The notes below the pieces were generated by a model that saw only the letters and a list, made by a program, of their open reading frames with translations, was not told the origin of the DNA and did not search any database. Positions 1 through 14,200 of a stretch of DNA of 64,000 bases are shown here, piece after piece. The stretch's first letter is position 1. Each line of letters begins with the position of its first letter. The DNA is from Rotaria socialis. Taxonomy: Eukaryota. The stretch is taken from positions 1 to 64,000 of the forward strand of contig CAJNYD010000418.1 in the NCBI GenBank assembly GCA_905331295.1, written 5' to 3'. The translations under genes and the position numbers were made by a program.

Positions 1-1732
1 ATTTTATGAAACATCAAGTAGTAAATAAGTCTTCTTTTTATTGAACTTCAGTAAAAATAAAAATGGTCAGTATAAAAAAAAAAGATTGGAAAATACCGAA
101 AACTAGTTTTCTTTGCTTCTACTCTGATGCAAGAACAAGAAAATAGCAATATTCAGTACAAAAGCAAGTGAGGCTGAGTCTCATATCACGAAATCTAGAT
201 GAGGCTCAAGCCTCACCTGTCTCAGTGGCTCCGTCGCCACTGGCTCCATCACGAATTGCAGTTTTGCATCACTATATTATGCAAAAACGCACTCACTCTC
301 TACAAAAAAAAATACAGCACCGATGAGACATTAAAAAAGAATTCCGACCAAAAATTTTCCCAAATTCTATGCATAATTTCCGGCACATCTTTATCAAGGA
401 CCCACTAACTTGGCCAGAACTCACTCAAAAACCTCAGGAACATATTCGCCAGGGACCTGCTTCCAAACCATGCGACACAATGCATTTTTCCACAAAGCGA
501 GGCGATTATCAGGCACTTTTCTGCCATATCCTCTACGCACAGACGCGGAGAACCATCTGCTTCAGTTGTTTGATCTAAATATAAATAAACTAACTCATCC
601 GCTTTCAACTTTTTAAATCGAACTCACCATTTTCATTTTCGGATATGATGGTGGATCTAGATAAAAAAAAACTGATGAGTTTTGAATACGAAACTCGAAA
701 AGGTTTATGACGAAATCTCTTGGGTTTCGCAAACATCAGCGGGTTCAGGACAAACCCTTGAGAAATTTTAAAACCTTCAAAAGTTTTTTACAAAACCTTG
801 GATGTTGCTAAACCTCAAACAGGTTTCGTAATATTCTACGGAAACTTATATAGTTTAATAAACTCTACGGAACCTCAAAGGTTTCGTTTGGCATCTTTTT
901 TATCAGTGTAGTAGCGCGAAAGAAGAGACAAGACGGTAAACTGGACGAGATAGATTATAATTCAATCGTTTTCTCTCATGTCAGCATTTTGAGAGAAGAT
1001 AACAGAAAATAACAAGTATACATATAGATATGTATGTACAATTGTGCATTATTCATTTTTTTTTGTTCTGTTTTCTTATATTAATTCTTCATAAGAACCA
1101 GTAAAGGGTACATATGCGATTCAAACGAAAGAAAAAAAAGACAGTATAGCTAGTTTATTCAAAAGTAAGTAATTGTGAAAAAGTAAAATTTGAATGGACA
1201 AAAATTAACTGATGAAAATTATAATGGGCAATTGCCCATTTGCCTCCCCCTGGTTACGCCGTTGATCTTTATCAAACTTTTATTATTGACTTTATAACAA
1301 TTTCATGGTGGACAAACTATGAGTCATCGAACTTAAACATTCAAGCTTTTATTCAGAGGTTGAAGACGGGTCTACGAAAATTGGTCGAAAATTTTGTAAT
1401 TGAATTTGTGGTGTAAAGCTGAAACTAGCACTAATTGCATTATCATGTTAATATTAGAGGAAAATAGTGATTCAGACAAATAAATTAGGCATGCATAATA
1501 AACGAAAAGTAGTTTAGAACTTACGAAAAAGACTTTCTAATTATTTTAGTAACGTTGTCTGTTTTGAGAACACGATGACCACCTCACCCACATCCACATC
1601 CACACCCAACACTGCCCTCTACGGTTGAAATTTTTTCATTGGTTTCGTTCTGCTCTTTCATTAGGATGAATGAATTGTAGGAAACAAAAACAATCAAGTC
1701 ATTCTCTTCATCTCATTACTTTTTGAGCGATC

Positions 1733-4700
1733 ATGATTTTTCAAATCTTTTCTTTTCTATTTATTGTTCTCACAAATTTTTGTTCAAATACTCAAGTATA
1801 TGCATCACCGGTGCTTCTTTGGGCCAATGTGTAAGCCTGACTTTTTCTTACAATCATTGATTAATTTTTTTTTCCAGGAATCTACCTCGATCAACTGTTT
1901 CTCTTTCTACACTCTCATCACTGGATTTCATATCTAATTATGTTTGTCAAATAGCTACCAAAGAAATTCAATTGCGCATTTTTACTGTTAATAATGTGAG
2001 TTTTAAGATAGCACAGAATTAACCCTATTCTGATTTTTATTCATTTAGCTCACTATCGAAGGTATCCAACAAGGTCTACAAAGTGATTATCCACTTTTAT
2101 TGGATGCTAAAGTAATTTTTTTTGATTTCTTGATTTTTAAACTAACATTTGAGTTTATATTTGATAGAAGACAGAAACAAATTTTCGTTATTATCCAAAT
2201 GTCGCCGATGATATATACCAAACATTTTTGCTTCTACAGTCAAATACTAATCAATGTCCCAGTAAACGTTTTCAATTAAAATCATCGGAAAATTTTGACA
2301 AATTAGATGATGGTTTGTTAAAAATTTGCACTAGAAAAATACATGAATCAGTTTTTATTTTTTATTAAGCATTACATGAAGTGGAAGAAAAAATAGCTGA
2401 TGTTGGTGTGGATACAAGTTCAACTGTTCTTTTTGCAATTATAAATCATCCAGTTGACAATCGTAAACTGGTAAGAATACATAACACTGAGTAGATGTTT
2501 CATGCGTTTTTATGGAAAGTAGTATACGTAAGTTCATAATTTTGTCTAATACAATTAGTACCGTCAAAGACGACAAACAACGAACAATGAAAGCTCTGTT
2601 CTCATATTGAATAATGATACATGCATGTTTTATGCCAAACAATTGCATTGGAATGATGTTAATGGATCATTATCAGGTGCTCGTGTTTATAATCTTAGCT
2701 TAACTAACAGTTCATGTGAATCAACAATATCACCTATAGGCAATCATAGCTCAGTCGTGTATGTGAAAATTGAAGAGTTTTATTTTCAAAACAGCAAATA
2801 ATTCTTTTGTTCTAGTCTCAAACTTATTTGGACAAATGATCAAATACCATCGGATATTGTCAACATGAGGTAAGCTGTTATGATCATCTTTTTCCGATTT
2901 TGAACTGTAATTAATTCTTATTGTTCGAGAGAAATATCAACTGATTTCTCTCGTTATTGACTAAGCCAGGTGTAAGATATCTATAAAGTTATCTTGCCAT
3001 TCGTTGAAAAATATGAATGCTCAATTTTTGTGAAATATTAATTGGATATAAACATAGAAACTAAATGGATATCGAAATATGAAATAGATGAGACTAGAGT
3101 CTACTATATTCTATATTTTCTTGTTATAAAGAAAAAAAACAATGTCGACGACAATTGCAATGCTTCATATAATGCGGATTAATCGTTGTTTATCATCGAA
3201 ACCGACAATGTGGAACTTTTTAATTTCGTGTTTATCTGCAATTGGACTGTTCACTTTCTCACAGATGTTATCTGTTTTTACTCCGAAAACTAATAGTCGG
3301 CTAAACGATCAGGGTGGCCAGATCAAAAATTAAAAAATCAGAAAATATTTCTGAAAAATCAGGAATTAATCAGAAAATGGCAGTTTTTGACAAATTTGTA
3401 CATCTTCCGCTAAACTACTGACAACGAGAAAAAAAAACGTTAAATCCCATCATCTCGGTATTGTTATTCATATTTCGTATCTTTTGGAATTTGCTCTAGG
3501 AGGTTTGTTTAAGATAACATATACTAATAAAACCTTCTCAAGAATAATTACTATTCATTTTTATTTTAAGTTAAGCATTATCTGGTTTTATATTATCGGA
3601 TTACGATAATCGGACTATAAATGCTTTACATGACCGAAAATCAATTCGACGCCAGAATTCGAAGGAGGAATATAAAAGATGATTAATAGAAAAAACTGAT
3701 GAAACACTATTGATTTCTTATAGTAATGGATTATAATCGTACATAATTTCAGTGGCAAAGTAGGATCTAAACATGTTGAAAATTCCGAAATTTTCCCTAT
3801 TTTTCAGAAGATCTGGCCACCCTATAAACGACAGTGGTCGGTTCATGATATTCATCTAAATATCATAGAAATATCTATTCGGTACATTGAAAATTTTAAT
3901 TTACAGAAATAAGTCAGCTGAATAAAGTGTGTAACAGATGTGACTGAGTTATTTATTTTCTAATAATCTATGAGATATAAAGTATATCGTAAGCTACATA
4001 GAAACTAGAAGATTTATTTGAGTAAGGCGAATAGAGAGTATAAATATTAATCTTGTCTTAGTCCGTTTCCATATCTATGTGCTTTACGTCGTTTTCTGTT
4101 ACCTGTTTGCATCGCATCTTGGAAAGCTTATACTAATCCGTTTGTCAATGTTGTACACAAATTCAACCACTGCGTTCTCTTGGAAAAAACGAAGTAATTG
4201 CACAACTAGCAGAAAACTAAGAATTCTCTAGAGATCAATTAGTGAAATTCCGAGGACAGCTTTGCATATCCATCTATTTGAAATACAATATCTCAAAATT
4301 AATAGAAAAAACACAATTGAATTCTTCTCATGTGTCATTAAGACAACTCTATATTTTCACTTTATAACTATTTAAGTTTAACGACAACAATTATCGGACG
4401 TTATTGGACATTGGAAAATGCTACTATCAATGATAAAGAATACCGTTATTTTGCATATGGAATGCATAGTCAAATGGAGACACCTCCAACATATTCGTAT
4501 GTTTGCACGACAGCAACGTTCGTTCGATATGATGCTTTATATGATAAATATGGACAATATAATTTTAGTAAAAAATTTTACATAACAGATCTTCAAGTAA
4601 TTTTGAAAAGATGCATTCATGAAATAAATGCAATAATGTTTTCTTTTTATACATCTAGTTTCAACCATTCAATAGTAGTCAATTTTCTTTTGGTCCACCG

Positions 4701-4868
4701 AATTATTGTACATCATTTTTCACACGAGGCATATGGATGGCTATAACATCAAGTTTACTTTGCCTAGGCATATTACTATTCGCCATTTATCATCTGATGG
4801 CAATTAAATCAAATGATCGATTTGATGATCCAAAAGGAAAACCATTATTTATTAAAACTCAAGAATAA
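1733..4868 (+). CDS. ATP6AP1: V-type proton ATPase accessory subunit S1 (Ac45), multi-exon
   Basis: Spliced translation starts MIFQIFSFLFIVLTNFCSNTQVYASPVLLWAN (signal peptide plus PVLLW). It has an internal furin-like RQRR site, luminal PPTYSYVC, then FQPF..CTSFFTRGIWMAI..TM helix and the tail MAIKSNDRFDDPKGKPLFIKTQE*, the hallmark Ac45 C-terminus. A long intron spans about 2870-4376. Confidence 0.9.
3310..3824. mobile_element. Non-autonomous hAT-type element (MITE), 515 bp, in an ATP6AP1 intron
   Basis: 15-bp TIRs CAGGGTGGCCAGATC (3310-3324) and GATCTGGCCACCCTA (3810-3824; 14/15 match). 8-bp TSD TAAACGAT (3302-3309) / TAAACGAC (3825-3832). Confidence 0.85.
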
Positions 4869-4980
4869 ACTTATTTATTTTTTCATTCCATGTATTCTGA
4901 TGAGAGGATTTTTTTTCTATTTAAATAAACTGGGTGAAGGGTTTTCTTTTTTCATTAACTTATATTTATTTTTACCATAG

Positions 4981-7976
4981 ATGCATATTAAATTGATGAT
5001 TAATAATGCCGAAGACGAAAATCTAATCGATGTTTCATTAGGTAATAGAAATTCTTTATCTTTTTTATTGATTTTTTATTCAAATGATTTTATTTAATAT
5101 AGATTCCTCGTCAACGATTTCATCATGGTTGATCGATTATTATTTCACAAAATTTTACTTCACTCAAGTGAAAAGTTCAAAGAAATCTGTGCAACCCAAC
5201 AATATAATTGGTCTGCATGACATGTTTGTTATTTATCAAATAATTCAATCGAAATCATCATCGAACGAATTTTTTGAATTATGTAAAAACAAATTAGCTG
5301 AAATAGAAAATGACGCACTATTAGATAGTTATAATAATCATTTAAATCGATGTGGTTTAAAAGATATTATTGATTTATTGCATCAATGTAAATTAAAATC
5401 CTTGATCAAAGAAATCACTTTCACTATTAATAATGTTAAAAATGAAATCGATCGATTAATTTTAAGTTATTTATTAGAAGTAGCATCTGAACGACTTATT
5501 TATGATGACAATGTTCAATTATCAACTTCGAAAACCATTGAAAATATACTTGCATTATTTGATAATGAGAAAAAGCACGTTGAACAAACAATTAGTAAAG
5601 TAAGTTATAAATCGAAAGTAGAAAAAATAGCATAGAAACATTCAGTAATGGATACAGTTTTCGAAACTAAGCAAAAACACCAAGCTATTTTCTTTATTAA
5701 CACACTCACACCCACCCTCAAGATCATATTATTTCGTTTAGTAATATGATTGCATTTCAGATGCCCTACTGAAATAGTGAGTACGTTAGTCAAACAGTAG
5801 TTGCTCTTCAATAAACACTGTTATTACTAGTCTTGAATTCTTCTCGTTTCGATGACATTAGAATATAATTTATTTTTGTTGTTTATAGAATTTCATTAAG
5901 CATACTATATGTACATATCTCGCACTTTTGCTGGATACACGTAATGAGCATGCACTTATTCATTGTCTTGCTACGCCTGCACGTGCTGGAATCGAACGAC
6001 GAACAATAGTTGAATTACGACGTTTATCAAAATTATCGAAAAATGAATGTTTGACCATTTATCAGATACTTCTTTCATTTCTTAGACGTAAAGAATTGAC
6101 TTTAAACCGATCATCACAACAAGATTCATTGAATAACGAAGATGAATCATTTATGATACTTGATAAATGTTATGTTGGTGTAAAAGAATTTTTTGATTTT
6201 ATTGAACATATACAAATGACAATCGAAGAAAACGAACATGCGAAGATTGAATCGATGTAAAAAAGAGAAACAAAAGAATTTCTACAAAATTTTTGTATTC
6301 AATATTTTTATTTTAGTGTAACATTTCGTAAAATAATGACAATGATATCTAAACAATTACGTAAAGATAGTTCATTTAGTCGATGTGATGTAATTCTAAA
6401 GGATGTTATTGAAGAATTCTGTCAATGTTTTCAAACAACACTTCCACTTATGGATTGTACATCACCAATTCGAGTAAGAATTCGATTAGTTTATCAATAT
6501 AAACATATGCATATATATATATAACACTCTTTAGTGTGAAACGAGTTGTTTTTTCTGTTCTCACAAACAGTATATCGTTTTAATATATCTAGTGTACAAA
6601 TTTTATCGTAACATAAGTGTAATATGTCTTTGTAGTTTTCCTAATAATTTTCATGGATAAATTATTTTCCAAAAAGAAATCATTTCGTATGGATTCACGA
6701 GAAATTTCTTGTCGTCTTCTGTAATGAAAAAACATCGATAAAGTACCAGATACTGTGTTGTGTTGTCATTAGAAAGTTGTCCACATGGTTCTTAATGGCT
6801 ATGTTTCATATGACTTGGATTTTTCTTAGATGCTATTTTACAATTAATAAATGAGAAATTTGGGCTCTTTAAACAAAAATCTTATTTAAATTGACTAGTG
6901 AAGTCATCGATTAACCCGACTGCATATCAAACATATTGAATGCTTGAAAAAATCGAACTACGATAAACTGCCTCCATTGAATATTTGTTCTAGGAATCTT
7001 TATTTGACTACAAAAGAATTTTTTAATTTTCTATTAATTTCCTCAGTTTTTATTTTCTCATAAAAAATTGGCAAATTTGTAATAATCTATGCGCTTTTAG
7101 TCTGCATCATCTGGTGGTACATTAGCTGGTCGTCGTTTTCTTCGTTCTATTGCATATTTATGTGCTAAGCAAACAATTCATTTACCAATAATTCTATCAA
7201 ATAATGATCATTATGATAGCCCATCGACAGGATTACGAAAAGCAACATCTTGTCGTCTTTTACAGTATGTTTACTAAAAACTACATTTTTTTTCTGAATT
7301 TCAAATATTTCATTTTGCAGAAGTCCAATAACACCGTTGCCACTTATTATCGAGTTCGTTCCGGAAGCACCTATTGAAGAAAAGTCAGTTGAGATTGCTG
7401 TTGAATCTGTATTTATGTGGCAAAAATCAACAAAAGAAAAAGATGATAATAAAACAGAAGTGAATTCATCGTCATCATCTTTCGTATCAGCATCATCGAA
7501 AAATAAACACTATCGACGACGGTAAATTTTACAAGCTCAAATACTATTTCTTATAGAAATTTTTCTATTTTTTTAAATCTAGTAAATCGCAACGATGTCT
7601 GAATCTATCAACAATTCGAGAGAAAAGTTTTGATTCAGATTCAGTTGTAGATCATTTCATAGATTCAAATGATAAAATTTCATCACAAACATGCTCATCG
7701 GGTTCAACTCGTCAACCCTTAGGAGAAATTGATATAAACTCATTTAATAGTGATGAACGTTCAGCAACTGAAAACGAAAATAGTAGTGCAAGTCAACATC
7801 CAATACTATTTTCGTTGGTTAGTGGCAGTGACAAAGAAAATTTACCAGTAACTGTTGCAAAGCGAACAATGAAAGCAACGAATACGGAACAACCACATAA
7901 GAAACAAAAGAAAACGAATAACAAACCTCTTGTAGTTGGTCAAAAAATGATTACAAGTTTTTTTCGTTCGAATTAA
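4981..7976 (+). CDS. PARPBP: PCNA-interacting partner PARI (PARP1-binding protein), multi-exon
   Basis: The segment TYLALLLDTRNEHALIHCLATPARAGIERRTIVELRRLSK..LSFLRRKEL..GVKEFFDFIEHIQMTIEE follows the PARI UvrD-like core. The C-terminus KPLVVGQKMITSFFRSN* is a PIP box at the PARI position. Exon 1 (4981-5041) splices in frame to 5103. Some internal junctions are uncertain. Confidence 0.8.
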
Positions 7977-9065
7977 ATTCCTTCTTATTATTATATATTT
8001 CTAATGTCAGATATAGATTTAGATAATTAATCAATTGAACATGTACATTTCAATAGGCAATACATTTCATTAAAACTATTTTGTAAAAATAAGAATGATG
8101 AATTTTTCTTTTCATTGTAAATCTGTTTTGATATAATGATAATTATAAATATTGTTTTTTTCTTGTTATATTCAAAATAAAAGATTAGTTGAATTTATGG
8201 ATAACATAATATAAATAAACTTTTATGATTGAAACAATTTTTGTGATTGCTGTTCGTTTGGTTCAATCGGAGAGCATGTTCAGACGCACTCGGAAATCAA
8301 CTTTAGATCAGGAATATGCAAATAGAATGAAAATTACTTATAAACCCTCTTTGTGATCTATTTTTCAGTTTTCTTTATCCTTATTGTCCTGTTTTTTTTA
8401 TAGAGTATACTGCCCCTCCGCCACAAATCAAAATAGAGCAAATTTTTGTGTTAAACGGAGAAAATAAAAAGATGCAGCGTTCCTACAAAAATCGATTGGA
8501 TAGAGGGGTGTGTGTATGGGTGTTCAATTAATCAACATTCAAGGTGATACTCACACTCACACCCTAAAATAAACGATTGTATCAATGTAAGTGAAAGTCC
8601 AATGAATATATCTTTCATTTTCAGTTTAAAATGTGCTTCTAATTAAATTTAATCTTAAATCACACATACACAAAATTATGTCATCAAGTAAAATTAGTTG
8701 TAATTAAAAATTTATTTATTTTCTACCTTACAGTAACCCGCAATGAACTGTGTGATCGATCACATCATGATCTCATAGGAAAATGACTATTGATAGTTTA
8801 AAGTGGCGCCATCGTTCGTACGTATTCAATATAATATGAAAATCTTACAATAAATCTATGTAAATAATAGTAATTAAAGGATAGTTTGAATATAATTTTA
8901 TCAATCTTTTTTTAGTCTGGCATCAATTAAGTAGATCTTTCCTTTCTAATTGGTTCTTTTTCTTCTAAATTTCTTTGTTGAAAATAGTCTGATTAACAAT
9001 CGCTTAACAGTTTCGTTCGTTATGCATGCAGATTCATTTATCATATTCTAGATTGATCTAATAAT

Positions 9066-11203
9066 ATGCCGCCACAATTTAATATTGATGATTTCGAACG
9101 ATTGAGTAAAGTTGGAGAAGGTAGAATGAAACTAATGCTGTCTAAGATTTTACTACGTCTTTTGTTTTTCTTTCAACAACGTAAGGTACTTATGGCATTG
9201 TGTATAAAGTTTGTCATCGGCCAACATCACAAATTTATGCTTTAAAAAAAATTCGATTAGAAGGCGAAGATGATGGTGTACCGGCAACGGCTATTCGCGA
9301 AATATCAATTCTAAAAGAACTTCGTCATCAGAGTATTGTTCAGTAGGTTTAAGAAAAAGAGGATCACAACTAGTAGATTCTGTATTTTATTGTCTTTAGA
9401 CTTCGTGATGTTATTCTCACTGATGCACGCCTTTATTTAATATTCGAATATTTAGCTATGGATTTAAAAAAATATTTTGATTGCTTGGGTGAAAATGAAG
9501 ATATGGATGTTGGTCTAATTCGTGTATGAGAACAAAAAAAAGAAAACTCATTAAATTTATTTATATTCATTTATTTTTAGAGTTATACATATCAAATACT
9601 TGATGCATTACTTTTTTGTCATTGCCGTCGAATAATTCATCGTGATTTAAAGTAAACGAATTAAATACTATATTATAGAAAATAACTGTATATTTTAGAC
9701 CACAAAATCTGCTTGTGGATACGAAAGGTATTATTAAACTTGCTGATTTCGGTTTAGCAAGAGCTTTTAGTGTACCACTTCGAATATATACTCATGAGGT
9801 AAAAGATGATTAACTCTTATTTTGGATTTTAATTTTATTTTGACTTAGGTTGTTACATTGTGGTATCGAGCACCTGAAGTATTACTCGGTGCATCACGCT
9901 ATTCGTGTCCAGGTATGAATTGAAAAATAAATGAGATCTATCTAAATAGTTATTCACATATAAATGCAGTAATCTTTCCTATCTTTATTATAACAAATGA
10001 ATTAAGGAAGATGTTTTTTTCTTACCTGCTTATTAGACATTTACGTTAGAAATTTAATTCAGTCTTCAATACAAACAAATATTGAAGTCTTACGACTATT
10101 TTGAATGATTTCTGAATGAATTCATCTGTTTATAAACACTTTTAGCGCTCACAATGTATCATAGTATGAGTTTGTAGATAAGACTTTATTTCAAAATCTT
10201 TCTAGAGACTATCCAAGAGTCCAATAAATGCTCAATTCTTAAAAGCTACCAAGGTAAATCAGTTTTCGGAGTTTCGAAATATGATTCATACAAATTCTTT
10301 AGTAACTGATAAATAAATCAAGTATACTATTAGAGTTTCCCACAGAAAACATTAACAACGAATCCGACCCGAGACTTTCTTTTCTACCGAAAAGCAGAGC
10401 TATTTTTCTGGTATCAAAGCCATGAGTTTTCCTTCGAAAATAGTTGCTTGAAATGCAATCATTTTTCGTTTCAAAAGTTGTATTATCATGGAACTATCTA
10501 CAGTGACCAACTATTCTATTTGTTCATACTATAAAGAATTTCGAATCTCATTGCAAAACATTCTTCATAGTTTTAATGACGCTTGTGGAGAATTGCAGAT
10601 GGATAAGTTAAACATAAATTTTGATATTTTTATACATTCGACTAAGTTTTTACTAAAGGAGGCTTTGACAAAGTTTGAAATATTATGGTTGTTTTTCTTT
10701 AGTTGATGTTTGGTCTGTTGGTTGCATATTTGCTGAAATGTATACAAAACGACCATTATTTCAAGGCGACTCAGAAATCGATCAACTTTTTCGTATATTT
10801 CGGTAAATGACATGGTTTCAACGATAAACTTGCATCCCATTGGATTTTATTCTAGAACACTTGGCACACCAACAGATGAAACATGGCCAGGTGTTGTATC
10901 ATTACCAGAATTTAAATCTTCATTTCCACGATGGAAACAGAGCAATGACTTATCATCATTACTGCATGATCGAGTGCGTGATGATGCTCTCGATTTATTG
11001 CTTGTACGTTAAAATACTTTTGTTTTGATTTTTTCCCTCATGAATCACTTTATTCTTTATAGAAAATGCTTGTCTATGATCCTGTAAGACGTATATCAGC
11101 TAAACAATGCCTTAATCATCCTTATTTTAAACATTTCGACCCACAAAATTTTCCTGTACCGGCACCCATTGTTGTACCTGTTGTCAAAGAAGGAGCCAAG
11201 TGA
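9066..11203 (+). CDS. CDK1: Cyclin-dependent kinase 1-like (PATAIRE variant), 9 exons
   Basis: Motifs [76 protein letters not shown] and [18 protein letters not shown]. All introns are GT-AG and splice in frame. Confidence 0.9.
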
Positions 11204-14200
11204 TATTATCAATGTATTACTTATCATGTCAGATATAGATATATTTTTTCCTAGTTGATATGTGTTCAATATTGCTCTTCCATACAAAAAAACGACACTT
11301 TCTTTGATTTCCTTTTTCTCTTTTTTCTGTCACGTGTACCTATGACGTGAAAAATAATGAATCTGTACAAAGAATGATAAACATTAAAAAACAAACAAAT
11401 ACTTTCACAGAAGAAATACATATGCATATTATTATTTCATTTTTTTTCTTCTCTATAGTGAAATGTAAATAATGAATAACCTCACTATACTTCGTCATTT
11501 ATATATGGATTGAATTATTAAAATGATATTTAAAACCATAAATTTCAGGATATTCAGAGAAAACCTTATAGAACTCGTATCAATTCGACAGAAGATATAT
11601 ATTAAACATAAAGAAAGACTATTTTCAAATAATTAGATTTTCATAAAATGACATAATGAGATAGAACGAAATCTATCTCTTGAATCGTAGCAAGTTTATT
11701 TGAAATTCAGCTCACGTCAGAATCATATTAACGTTGTTATTCAACATTGTAATACCAGGAACAGAAATGATAGGAAAAAGATGTACTAGCCATCCAATTG
11801 ATTATTTCTTAATGAGAAATTAAATTAACTGTAAAAATTGCATCGTTTGCAAATATTAAAAACAGTGCATAGGCATTCATTGATGGTTTCGATAATTATT
11901 ATTTAGTTAAATCGTAAACAGAAAACGCTAATCATGTGTATTGAATATAATAAATTATTAGTTAATTATTAAATCTTTGATACAAATGGAATTTCCATAC
12001 AATACTTGTAGCATAATCTTAAACTTCTTCGTGAATCAAAAATGCAATCATTTTCACTATGCTATTCAATGTGATCATCAGCTGATATTCTTCACTCCTT
12101 TTTTCGCTGTGGCACGCCAAATAAGATTTTTTCTTTTGGTCTTGAAAACGCAAATACTGCTCATATAATTCGTTTAACCATCATTATTCCCGTGTTTCTA
12201 CAATACGAATTTTATTAAAATTGGCATAGATGACTTGTGAAAACTTCTGTAATATTTGATTCGCAAAATCTGAATGATCAAACAGAAAAGTTGATGCAGT
12301 TTTCAGCGAAGAAACCAATCTAAAAATAGCAAGCAAACTTGTGTTAAGTCGGTGTTATTTTTTCCATTTTTTGTAAGAATTTCTATTCATTATTCATTAT
12401 ATTTTTTTTCATGCTTTTCTTAAAGTAAAACAAGAAAGTTTACAATATCTTTGAAAAAAGTAACAATGACATAAAAAGAAATCTTTGTTTATACAAATAT
12501 GATCTATTTACAATATTTATATAATGGAATGAAGAAATTAAAAATCATCATGGATTGTTTGAGTATATTCTTGTAGATTATTACGTATTTCAAGTTTAGA
12601 TAAAAGATTTGACGATGGTATGAGACTATTTATTGATTGATTTGAACTTGTAGTTGATATTGTTGGTATAGATTTGTGTAAATTGGATTGACACTATTTC
12701 TTTTCGCCAAGTGATCGTTGTATCCAATGAAAAGAGTAAACAATTAACCACATTATCTTTCTTGGTCGATATTGTTTGTTGATCGTTAGTTTTGTAAGTG
12801 TATGTGTGCTCTTCTGTTATTGGTATTGTTTGTTGGGCCCTAAATATGATCATATAGGTATGAATCACACCGGTTGGAAATTTCAAGTGATTTCTTGGTT
12901 TATTACGTCATTTCGATTTCACTATTAATTTACTTCCGTATCAATTTCACGACAGAGACAAATGTATATTAAAAGTGAACCTTCGCATATAGCATGGTTG
13001 AAAATCGTCATAAAAAGGCAGATAATTTCGTTAATTTTGAGAAACAACGATGTTTTTGTTTATGTTGATTAATCACCAAATATCATGTGCTGTACATATT
13101 TTATCTAAATCAAAGAGATATTGTAGATATTCATTATTGAGATACAAAACAAATCGATAAATTCTATGCAAACAACAATGATGAACTAAGAACTTGTTGT
13201 AGAATTGAGAATTTCTTTGATATGTTAACAAGACGATACCCGTGAACAATGGGCTTTATCTTAGAAAAGAAAAGTAGTCAAATATGGTAGCATGATATCT
13301 ATACGATTGTGGGTTAAAATTATAAACGTATAAGCATTGATCATTCAAAAGCAATAAAAAGAATGTTTGAAATTGTTATTTTTGTATAAGAAGAAAAATT
13401 GAGTAGTTCATCTTTTTACAGTTCTACTTGTCATTATCAATGTCTTTTTAAATTTGCGACTTTTCTTTTGGATAACACGAATTTTAAGTTTTTTTTTTCT
13501 TTTGAAAACAGTGATAAAGAGCATAATTGTTTTTTGTTGGTGGCAATCAACTTCTTCAAGAAATTCTTCTGCATGTTCTCATAAATTTCACCGAAAATTC
13601 TGAAATGAAATCGTTTAATAGAAATTTTTCTATTGCCTCTAACACAGTACTGTGATTGTTCTATGTAAGAAAATTCAAACTAGACTAATGTCTGAACGGC
13701 AGTAAGATTCAATAGTTGCTAGATATTTTTCTTCTTCTATACACCCTCATTGGTAAACACCCGCATGAACTATCGTATTGCATTTATAATTTTATGAGAA
13801 ATTTATGTAAGTGTTATGCATGCATTTAACGTTTCAAGAAAGACAAAGTATTAAATATCAGTTCCGTTAATCTTGATAGATAATTATGAATTTAATCAAG
13901 TTTAGAGAGATAGTAAAGATTTCATTTTAACATTTTTTCAATTAATGAGCTACTCAGTATATAAGTTCACTGTAAACTGGTTGATACTGAAGTAATGGCT
14001 TTGTAAAATAAAGTTCGTGAAATTTTAACATGGAAAATTCTAATATACATGCCATGATGTTTATTTTGTGTCAGAATCTCAATCAACGAGTTTTTTTCTT
14101 GTATTGAAAGTCGTCAAAATAATAACTTTCTGAAATAGTCACACATCCTTTAATGTAAATAATTGAAAGTATAGATTTGAATCGAATCAAATACATTCAA

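Noticed and set aside
168..910. GC-richer stretch with four short overlapping ORFs, small inverted repeats and AAACC/GGTTT motifs
   Set aside because: No recognisable protein and no clean TIR/TSD pair. Probably TE debris that I cannot delimit.
1574..1627. Short Thr/Pro-rich upstream ORF before ATP6AP1
   Set aside because: 17 codons arising from a CCACAT-type microrepeat, with no support for translation.
5761..5776. Apparent 16-nt micro-exon in PARPBP (CAG|..|GTGAGT)
   Set aside because: Its phase does not fit the flanking phase-0 junction (5599 to 5889), and inclusion would introduce a stop.
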